Below are positions 53,202-62,595 of a stretch of DNA of 64,000 nt, piece by piece. The notes beneath the pieces were generated by a model that was not told the DNA's origin, made no database searches, and was given only the letters and a program-made list of their open reading frames with translations. Source of the stretch: Octopus vulgaris (Eukaryota); the NCBI GenBank assembly GCA_951406725.2, contig OX597816.1:558001-622000 (forward strand). Reading direction: 5' to 3'. Every line of letters begins with the position of its first letter. Within the stretch, counting starts at the first letter, position 1. The translations under genes were made by a program, and so were the position numbers.

Positions 53202-55200
53202 CAAGGAGGTACCCAAAAGAAACTGGAATTTTGCAATATTACTTTATTTCAGTAAGTTTTACATGTTTACATTTTTATTGCCTTCAAAATATTCTCCATT
53301 TGAAGCAATGCATCAGCCCAGACACATTTTCCACTGTTCGAAGCAGGCCTAGAACACTTGCAAAGTGATGCATTTTATGGCCTCCATCATTTTTTTCTTC
53401 ACCTCTTCCACATCTGAAAAACGTTTTCCTTTAAGTACTTTTTTTTATTTGGGGGGAACAAAAAACAAGCTGCAGGGAGCAAGATCAGTTGAATAGGGAG
53501 GCTGGGTAAATGGGGTCATGCCATTTTTGGTAAAAAAAAACAAAATTGTCTCACACTCAAGTAGGTGTGCAAAGGTGCATTGTCATGATGAAACCACCAC
53601 TCTACACTTTGCCACTGGTCAAGATGTTTTCATCTCGCCATGTCTCGCAAACGCTTCAGAACTGCCAAGTAAAATGTTTGGTCAACAGTTTGACCAGGAG
53701 GAACAAATACTGTGTGGACAATTCTTTTCACATTGATTAAACAAATCAAGATCGTCTTGACATTGGACTTCACTTGACGCACTTTTTGAGGGCGTGAGGG
53801 TCATTGAATAATAATGAAATTATTGTATACAGTGCTCAGGTGCACCACAACTTGTCAGAAAGTGCGTATAAAGTATATGCAGTAATGTACAAATGTCTGG
53901 AAAGCGAACAATGCATGAGTCAGATACATGCTTGTGTGTGTATGGAGGGGAGAAAATCAGGTGTAGTGTTGGCGAATCTCAGGAAGCATGGAAGTTTTGA
54001 AGGATGCAGTGCTCCGACAACTAACAACTGATGCTGGCAGTTTGTTCCATGCTTCAGCAACTCTCAGCATGAAAAAATGTTTCCTAAAGTCATGGAAGGA
54101 GCTGTGCTGTTTTCTGACTTTGTAAATATGTCCACGGGTGTTAGACGGGTGGAGTTTGAAAAGGTGCTCAGAGTTATTGTTTGGACGATGGTTGATAATT
54201 TTATGGGTGTCTGCCAAGTCAGCTGCCAGACGTCGGAGTTTCAATGTGTCCATGCCCAGGGAAGTAAGGCGTTCAGGATATGGCAAATGCCTGATGGAGG
54301 GTATTCTTTTGGTTGCACGTCGCAGAATGGCTTCCAGACAATTGATATCATGAGCAAGATAGGGGTTCCAGACCGGTGATGCAAATTCCAGGTGAGGTCT
54401 TACCATAGCTATATAAAGCCGCAGATAGATAGTCGGAGAGCGGCTCACAAAGGATTTGGTGAGTGATGCTAAGACACCCTCAGCCTCACCCTTCCATTGA
54501 CTTGATTGCTGCTTCATTTCCAGATCATAGCCATAGCACTAGCTTTCATCACTAGTGATGGCCTTCGGAAAAAGGTTTGGATCAACTTTCAACGGTTCTT
54601 TCAGTTCACAATACACATTCAGTCATGACTGCTTTTGAGCAACTGAGGTATAAATTTTACTGCAACTCCTTTCATTCACAATCCCTCAATTAAAATTCAT
54701 TAGGAGGAGCTCCAGGACACATCAGTCATATCAACAAGTTTGTCAATTGTTCAGCAATGGTCCTCCAAGAACAGTTCATTAATTTTTTTTGTGATGTTTT
54801 CATTTGTTCAGGAGGTCGACAGTCACCCTGAACGAGGTTGGTCATCCAGCGATGAGCGACCATTCCTAAGGTGTGAAAACCACTTATAAACTTGTGTTTT
54901 GCTCATCCTTGTAAGATGTTTGAAGTATGAAAATTGTTTTGGCCACTGTTTTCCCTGCAGGAAACAGAATTTCATGGAAGCATGAAGTCCCGTTCTTTCA
55001 GCCATCACAAAAATCAACGAACAGAGGAGAAGAACTGCAAAACAAAGACGCACCACATGGAAGTACAATTCCAGTCAATGACACCAGTCAGCAGACTGAT
55101 GCCTGAAGGTCACAACAAGTGACTTCTAGCAGTGGAATCCCAAACTACAACAGGCTTGTCTCATAGAGAACATTCCTGGTTACTTTAGGGAACCCTGTCA
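53202..55200 (-). mobile_element. mariner transposon, full length, interrupted by a CR1-like insertion
   Basis: Imperfect TIRs CAAGGAGGTACCCAAAAGAAACTGGAAT / ATTCCTGGTTACTTTAGGGAACCCTGTCA. Motifs VYKWFSHLRNGRSSLDDQPRSG, ITSDES*CYGYD.EMKQQSSQWK, HHDNAPLH, PYSTDLAP and GEYFEG. Confidence 0.85.
53807..54483 (-). mobile_element. CR1-like LINE 3' end
   Basis: ORF 53957-54517: LYIAMVRPHLEFASPVWNPY...ERLTSLGMDTLKLRR..NTRGH..FFMLRVAEAWNKLP; short (ATT)n tail. Confidence 0.88.
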
Positions 55201-56445
55201 TACACACACACACACATCATCTCCTCTTTGTTCTTCAAGAAATAGGATGTTCATGTCGTATCATTGGTATATTTAACCTGTCAGGCTAAGCCGTCAGCAC
55301 CCTTAAGCCCTTTTTGTGCAGAATTCATTTGTGTCAGTTCTCTAGTCTGGTGATAAATTCCTCATATCAGTCTAGGAAACCCTGAGAACGGTCATTGTCA
55401 CTGCTTTTCCTCTTCTAACAAAGCCATAAAGAAGAAAATAAGTATCAGAAGGTCTGGAAGTATTAACAATGTCATCTGATGAAGGAGAAAGCACCCAGTA
55501 CACATTGTTAAATGGTTGGCATTAGGAAGGGCATCTAGCCATAGAAACCATGCCACAACAAACAATGGGAGTCTGGACAGCTCATACCAAACTGTCAAAC
55601 CTATGCCAGCATGGAAAGCAGACATTAACCATTGATGATAATGATGAATCTCTTTAACACCATGAAACCAATGCTAAGTATTGGCTCTTAACTCTTTCTG
55701 ATAACATATTTCTGTTGAAAGATGACAAAGCTGGTGTTTGGATCATAAATTACAATGAAATTTTGATCATGTATTGGTGCTCACGTTGAACAACACTGCA
55801 ACCTAGCAACTCACAGTAGATTCTTAACCCACTCTGACTTTACCCGTTATCTCCAGAGGTAATGTACCTCTCGCAAACAGAGCTAACAAACTATGCACTC
55901 ACAAACAGATGGTCACCGGGAGCAAACCCCATGAAATGAGAACCAAATAAACAACCACTGATTTGCACTCGCTTGTAAGCCCCTTCTTCGAATTCCAGAA
56001 TCCTAAGACTACAAAAAATAATTGTAATGGGAGGAGGAGATACCCCACAGGTATCAGGAGCCTTCAGGTCCCATTATAAGCTGATGTTTGAAACATAAAT
56101 TAACGGGAAATTTTGAGAGAAAGGTTTTCAGATCACTTTAAACAGGAAATTTGTATCATAGAACTAAAGACATTGTTGGGCAACACAGTATGAAAATGGT
56201 TGATTGTATTCTCAGAGCTTCAGAGGAATTTAACTGTTACAGTTCAAGAATTCAGGGAATGAAAGATTAAAAAAAAAACGAAATTCAGAAATAGGACAGG
56301 AAAAACTATTTATTGATCTATTATTGATTGATATTTGACATTGACTTGTGCATATAACAGGTTATGTGGAAGCTTGTAGATACAAAACACACACACACAC
56401 CACTTTGCTGATGTTCCACATACTTTTCATGAATATTATACAATG

Positions 56446-56850
56446 AGTGGCTGTGTGGTAAGTAGCTTGCTAACCAACCACATGGTTCCGGGTTCAGTCC
56501 CACTGTGTGGCATCTTAGGCAAGTGTCTTCTGCTATAGCCCCGGGCCAACCAATGCCTTGTGAGTGGATTTGGTAGACGGAAACTGAAAGAAGCCTGTCG
56601 TATATATGTATATATATATATAAGTGTGTGTGTATGTGTTTGTGTGTCTGTGTTTGTCCCCCTAGCATTGCTTGACAACCGATACTGGTGTGTTTACGTC
56701 CCCCTCACTTAGCGGTTCGGCAAAAGAGACTGATAGAATAAGTACTGGGCTTACAAAGAATAAGTCCCGGGGTCGATTTGCTTGACTAAAGGCGGTGCTC
56801 CAGCATGGCCGCAGTCAAATGGCTGAAACAAGTAAAAGAGTAAAAGAATG
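56446..56850 (+). mobile_element. tRNA-derived SINE family A, full length (partial copies at ~305-425, 2381-2530, 6688-6850, 13467-13625, 43330-43445, 63750-63905)
   Basis: A-box TGGCTGTGTGG, B-box GGTTCAGTCCC, body GGCAAGTGTCTTCT..GGATTTGGTAGACGGAAACTGAAAG, internal microsatellite and (GTAAAAGA)2 tail. Confidence 0.85.
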
Positions 56851-57180
56851 ACATGATAACAGGTAGAACTGTAAAGAACCACTTTTGGGAGTGTGCTACT
56901 CTCATTCCTATACACACAAAGGCTTATATTGATACACACAAACACATATACACACAAGTACACAGACACACACCAAATATCCCATAAGTAAGGAAGCCTT
57001 CAACTGTATTTATCTGTAAAAAGTAATCTGTTTTATGAAACACTTTGTATCCCATGTGTTCTGTTCCAATTACCTATCAGGTTGTCAAATATACACAGGT
57101 TTAAATGCTGCTGATAATATTTACATGTGTGTGCATGTATATGTGGTTTTGTATATACGTGTATGTATATAGATACCTAC

Positions 57181-57221
<41 letters not shown>

Positions 57222-57223
<2 letters not shown>

Positions 57224-58078
57224 GTAAATCCTCAAGTATAATCCGCACTTTTTTCCCAAAATTTAAAGGTCAAAATCCCTTGTGCGTATTATATACGAGG
57301 TTAAAAATGAATAATATTTTCTAAGCAATGTCCGAGTCTCTATTTGCTGTCCGGCAATGTTTATTCAGACACATTTTGTGATGTCGGGTGCGAAAATACC
57401 TTAAGCTAATTTGAAAACATATTTACATTCCCATTTAACAGTTAAGAACATCATCATTATTGTATTACACATGCGCGGAAGTGTTTGTTCGTCTAGGTAC
57501 TGCTGGCTTAATTACGCATGAATTGTGCTTAATAGTTTAGTGCTAAATAGTTCATCCTGCTGTTTATATTGGCAGTTTGCATCATTACCATGACAAACAA
57601 TAGATACTTAATTAAATACCAGTATTAAATGTTTGAACTACTGTGGGTCTTTACTAGGGTTTTTTATAAGCGGGACTTAAACCTGTACATTAATCTCCAA
57701 TAAAACATTTTATACATTACATGCCCATAAAATGCCTCGTAGATCTTATTCAGCTATGTTTAAACTTGAAGTTATATCGTATGCTGAAGAGCATGATAAT
57801 AGGGCCGCCGGAAGAAAACTTGATATTGACGAAAGCAATGTCAGGTTATGGAGAAGAAATAAAGATGAAATTAAACAGATGCCAAAGATAAAGAAGGCAA
57901 TAATAAAAGATGTTACCGTATACATTTTTACAAACCAAGGACGTTATATTGACCTCCTTGACTCAAGTTAGAGAAGGGGTGTGTATTATACTCAAGGTTT
58001 AGGTTTTACAGAGGTACAGCTTCCTAAAAATCCCCTGCATATTATACTCAAGGGTGGATTATACTCAAGGATTTACAG
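57222..58078 (+). mobile_element. pogo-like internal-deletion derivative retaining a Brinker-type DNA-binding domain ORF
   Basis: TA-flanked TIRs CCGTAAATCCTCAAGTATAATCC / GGATTATACTCAAGGATTTACAG. ORF 57732-57971 MPRRSYSAMFKLEVISYAEEHDNRAAGRKLDIDESNVRLWRR matches the POGK-type BrkDBD pattern. Confidence 0.8.
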
Positions 58079-58255
58079 TATATATACATGCATCAGGTTT
58101 TGGGATCTGATGATACGCTATAAAGCTGAACCCATTATGGACATGAAACCTAAGGTAATCCCATAAACATGCCTTATCTAACTTTAATATATACTGCTCT
58201 GTAACTTATTTGCTTCTATTTTTGGATTTATACTTTTACAGACAATATATATATA

Positions 58256-59690
58256 TCATCATCATCATCATCATCATTTAACGTCCGCTTTCCATGCTAG
58301 CATGGGTTGGACGGTTCAACTGGGGTCTGGGGAGCCCGAAGGCTGCACCAGGCCAGTCAGATCTGGCAGTGTTTCTACAGCTGGATGCCCTTCCTAATGC
58401 CAACCACTCCGAGAGTGTAGTGGGTGATTTTATGTGCCACCGACACAGGTGCCAGACGAGGCTGGCGAACGGCCACGCTCGGATGGTGTTTTTATGTGCC
58501 ACCGACACAGGTGCCAGACGAGGCTGGCAGACGGCCATGCTCGGATGGTGTTTTTATGTGCCACCGACACAGGTGCCAGATGAGGCTGGCAAACGGCCAC
58601 GATCGGATGGTGTTTTTATGTGCCACCGACACAGGTGCCAGATGAGGCTGGCAAACGGCCACGATCGGATGGTGTTTGTTACGTGCCCACAGCACGGAGG
58701 CCAGTCGATGTGGTACTGGCTACGGCCACGTTCGGATGGTTTTCTTGTGTGCCACCGGCACTGGTACCACAAGGATACAAATTCCATTAATGTTCATCTA
58801 TTTTGATTTGTTTTGATTTGATTTGATTTTCACTTGCCTCAACAGGTCTTCACAAGTGTCACAAGAAGGAAGGTATGCACAGGTGGACTGACTACGTCCC
58901 AGGTAGGGGCCACGGGTTATGGCCTGACTAGTCTTGCCGGGTCTTCGGAAGGTGTTTTTATGTGCCACCGACACAGGTGCCAGATGAGGCTGGCGAACGG
59001 CCACGATCGGATGGTGGTTGTTACATGCCCACAGCACGGAGGCCAGACAGTGCGGTACTGGCTACGGCCACGTTCGGATAGTTTTCTTGTGTGCCACCGG
59101 CACTGGTACCACAAAGATACAAATTCCATTGATGTTCATCTATTTTGATTTGTTTTGATTTTCACTTGCCTCAACAGGTCTTCACAAGTGTCACAAGAAG
59201 GAAGGTATGCACAGGTGGACTGACTACGTCCCAGGTAGGGGCCATGGGTTATGACCTGACTAGTCTTGCCGGGTCTTCGGATGGTGTTTTTATGTGCCAC
59301 CGACACAGGTGCCCTATGAGGCTGGCGAACGGCCACGATCGGATGGTGTTTGTCATGTGCCCACAGCACGGAGGCCAGTCGATGCGGAGGTGCCATATGA
59401 GGCTGGCGAACGGCCACGATCGGATGGTGGTTGTTACGTGCCCACAGCACGGAGGCCAGACGGTGCAGTACTGGCTACGGCCACGTTCGGATAGTTTTCT
59501 TGTGTGCCACCGGCACTGGTACCACAAAGATACAAATTCCATTGATGTTCATCTATTTTGATTTGTTTTGATTGATTTTCACTTGCCTCAGCAGGTCTTC
59601 ACAAGTGTCACAAGAAGGAAGGTATGCACAGGTGGACCGACTACGTCCCAGGTAGGGGCCACGGGTTATGGCCTGACTAGTCCTGCCGGA
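58256..59690 (-). repeat. RTE 3' UTR with 62-bp tandem units and three higher-order repeats
   Basis: TGCCACCGACACAGG recurs at 58435, 58497, 58559 and 58621 (period 62), then at 58963 and 59295 (periods 342 and 332). The family tail lies at 58256-58430. Confidence 0.9.
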
Positions 59691-59850
59691 CTATTTCATT
59701 CTCTCTCTATTTCCTTGTGTTCCTATCGTTTAAAGAGTGTAGGCTTGAAATGTAAAAGACTTTCTCACCTTCTTGAGTGTCAAACTAATACACCTGCTTC
59801 TTGTTTATACACCTGTCTTCATCTTTTGTTTTTCTGTAAATTTCAACTAT
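59691..59850 (+). mobile_element. Penelope-like pseudo-LTR end; short inverted homolog at ~15073-15120
   Basis: GAGTGTAGGCTTGAAATG (CpG-decayed stem plus GAAA) followed by ACACCTGTCTTC.TCTTTTGTTTTT.GTAAATT.CAACTAT(TA)n. The same end occurs reversed at ~15073. Confidence 0.5.
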
Positions 59851-59860
59851 ATATATATAT

Positions 59861-60500
59861 CAAAATAAGCAACAAGAATTTCGTACTACATCATTTTATT
59901 AAATGTTGTAAGTATTACAACAGTTTTAAAATGCTGAGCACTCATCAGCCAATTATAGAGGTTTTCCATTAATGCAAAAATGTTCATATCAAGTGGCAAC
60001 ATTATAGAGAAGGTAGATATATAGACAAAGATATGGATTTAAATTTTAAGAACATTTGAGGTAGTGGAGTCCATCAACTGACTGACTAAGATTCGGTTGT
60101 TCCAGATTACTGTAAGGTTCTGAGAGGGAAGAATAAGTGGAAGGAGACAATAAAGATTTTCTAATTATAGAAATGGGGTAAAGGGGATTTCAGAGCTCCA
60201 TATAACGAATTTATGTAGAAGACAGCATTGTCACTACTAAATGCCAATTACTACTATTTGATGAACAGATTCGGTGTTAGGAGAAGTAGGTCAATGTCAA
60301 GTGGTCACAATAACATTCACAGAGGATGCAGAGACCTTACAAACCCTATGCATATCATCACAACAGTTGGTCAATAAGTTCCTTTGACATGTTAGAATAA
60401 AGGAAAAAACATAAATCTAGAATTTATTAAATTTGGAGAAAAAGACTATCACTTATTATGAGTAGGCATAGTACTTATTAACTGGGGTGGGGGGGAAGCC
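59861..60500 (-). mobile_element. Degenerate Penelope-like element 3' region with hammerhead-like pLTR
   Basis: Weak GIY-YIG-like remnants (HFYN.K, YSSLS, LCLY), then CTGATGA-stem-AAAAC-hairpin, AATAAA and a (TA)n junction. Confidence 0.4.
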
Positions 60501-60744
60501 TTATTAATCAAGTGAACCTATTATGGGTCAAAATATATACTAAGAAAGATGGAAGAGGGAAAATCAAAGAAAGAAGATATTCATAGATTTAGTAGAATGT
60601 GATATTTTATAATATGAGGGGAGGTGGTTTAGAAGAGTAAATTATTCAAATTTCATGGATAGTGAGTTGATATTAATGAATTTTAAAAAGTAGGATCTAT
60701 TGGGAAAAAAAACTTACTACTTGCAGATAAAAGTTAATTAGTTA

Positions 60745-61245
60745 GGTAAAAATATCTTAGGTTAATTATATATTAAGAAATGAGAGTGAGATAATCAGGA
60801 TGAACCAAATAGTTACCCTAGGGACATAGGATTAATACTACTTAGTATTGGAGAACATTATAAAAAGAAGAATTTAATTCCAAGTTTATAATGAAGTTTT
60901 TTAATCATTTATGAATGTTAAACTAAAACCAGTATGGTATATTCGTTCCTATTTGGTTAAATATATGTTTTGTAAAGATATCTTAGACTAATTATATATT
61001 AAGAAATGGAAGTGAGATAATCAAGGTGAACCGAATAGTTTCCTTAGGGACATAGGATTCATACTATTTAGTATTCCTACTATTTGGGATTCATACTATT
61101 TAGGGTTCCAACTATTTAGATCCATACAGTTTAATTTTAGAAAAAAGAAGAATTCAATTTTAAGTTTGCAGTGAAGTTTTTTTAGTCATCTATGAATGTT
61201 AAATTGAAAGCCAGTATGGTATATTCCTTCTTATTTGGTTATAAA
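60745..61245. repeat. Diverged direct tandem duplication (~215 and ~270 bp)
   Basis: ATATCTTAG..TAATTATATATTAAGAAATG..GTGAGATAATCA...TAGGGACATAGGATT...CCAGTATGGTATATTC..CTATTTGGTTA occurs twice. The second copy has an internal short (CTATTT..)n expansion. Confidence 0.85.
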
Positions 61246-61286
61246 GAATTAAAAATTTGAAGAATATAGGAATATTCACAAAATTC

Positions 61287-61439
61287 TTATTTAAAGTATT
61301 TAAACGTTCGGGTTGTACGATGTATACAAGATACTCCCAGCTCCAAACGGTTATTCAACAGATTTGTATTACTCTGATGTTTCAAAATTTCATAAGTTTC
61401 CATAGAACAAAGTTGACAACCATCCCTACTATTTCTATA
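61287..61439 (-). mobile_element. Penelope-like GIY-YIG endonuclease C-terminus
   Basis: Open 51 codons YRNSRDGCQLCSMETYEILKHQSNTNLLNNRLELGVSCIHRTTRTFKYFK* match the PLE pattern CxLC..E...I...LLNxRxE...C.H. Abuts a TA-rich tract. Confidence 0.7.
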
Positions 61440-61583
61440 TATCTTATATATATATATATAGATATCTTATATATATATATATATATAATCATATGAACAT
61501 TTCCAAAATGCTGTATGTAAAATTTCTTGAAATTAAAACTAATAATCCTCCATTTATCTCGTTATTATTTTCTTCTCTGGCAG

Positions 61584-61791
61584 TATCGTCTATTTTTTAA
61601 TGGGTTTACTCTTCATCATATGCTGGCCTATTTCCAAAGTGCTTGATTGTTTATTTGGAACAAAAGACTACAGACTTTACCAAAGGAAGCAACTAAAAGC
61701 TTTGATAGATTTGCACAAAACTGCACTTACAACTTCACCTGAAGAATCGGAAAAACCTGTCCTTAGTAATGATGAAGTTCTGATTATAAAG
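61584..61791 (+). CDS. CNNM/DUF21 gene, exon C (end of TM domain and linker towards the CBS pair)
   Basis: Acceptor ttcttctctggcag|T and donor AAG|gtaaag. Phase 2 joins CC|T (Pro) and gives IVYFLMGLLFIICWPISKVLDCLFG...YQRKQLKALIDLH...LSNDEVLIIK, matching the family motifs WPISKxLD, R.xLKAL..LH and L..DE..II(xGAL). Confidence 0.92.
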
Positions 61792-62387
61792 GTAAAGAAG
61801 AATGTTTATAGGTTTAAATTATTCAATATTCATATTAAACTGCTGAAATTTAGATCACTTTATCCCTTTTATTACAATATTTCTTTTGAAATATATTGCT
61901 TTACTGAATTAATTTTGAAAATAATAAAGAATTCAATAAATTAACTTTTTCATTAATATGATAGTCTTTCCGACATAATTTTAGATCAAAATTTGATGGA
62001 AAATGATTTTAATTTATATCACTTTAAAGCAGGAAGTTTGTATCATAGAATCAGGGAATCAAGGGTGATCTCAGGTAGGTTGGTATGAAAAGGGTTAAAT
62101 AAGGTCTGCTTAAACAAATGTGAAATTTGGTGGTTTATAATTTTTCTGCTTTGTGATATGCGTAACTTTAACCCTTTTGTTACCAAACTTTTACAGAAAT
62201 AGATAGCATTCGTTACAGTTTATTTTGAAATTAATGAAGAATTTAGTGAAATAACTTGGTCATTAATAAGTTAGTGCTTGAAACATAAATCTACTAATGC
62301 TTTATACTGAAACATATGTATATTGAGCTCTAACACCAGGTTATTAGTATCACTTTGCCTGAGCAAAATATTGATATATGTATAGAT

Positions 62388-62595
62388 GCCAGCGCTGCCT
62401 TGACTGGCTTCTGTGCCGGTGGCACGTAAAAAGCACCCACTACACTCACGGAGTGGTTGGCATTAGGAAGGGCATCCAGCTGTAGAAACACTGCCAGATC
62501 AGACTGGAGCCTGGTGCAGCCTCCTGGCTTCCCAGACCCCAGTCAAACCATCCAACCCATGCAAGCATGGAAAACGGACGTTAAATGATGATGAT
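62388..62595 (+). mobile_element. RTE LINE 3' tail (short 5'-truncated copy)
   Basis: GGAGTGGTTGGCATTAGGAAGGGCATCCAGCTGTAGAAAC...GGACGTTAAATGATGATG. Many similar tails occur across the window (e.g. ~150-290, 10365-10510, 17216-17375, 19140-19310, 27380-27710, 31480-31750, 42410-42590, 55490-55645). Confidence 0.85.

Noticed and set aside
56446-56520. tRNA gene (A and B boxes)
   Set aside because: There is no proper cloverleaf, and it continues into a multi-copy SINE body.
58450-58660. Hammerhead-like CAGATGAGGCTGGC(G/A)AAC in the 62-bp unit
   Set aside because: The core reads CAGA rather than CUGA and lacks GAAA in every copy. It is better explained as a simple GCCAG/CTGGC hairpin, and it lies on the element's antisense strand.
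58430-58680. CRISPR-like regular 62-bp repeats
   Set aside because: The units are contiguous with no unique spacers, there are no cas genes, and the context is a eukaryotic LINE 3' UTR.
58278-59972. Cluster of long overlapping ORFs (up to 170 aa)
   Set aside because: These are by-products of GC-richer tandem repeats: repetitive peptides with no domain similarity.
61792-61944. ORF-track extension of exon C (VKKNVYRFK...)
   Set aside because: Family similarity ends at the AAG|gtaaag donor; the extension is intron and MITE sequence.
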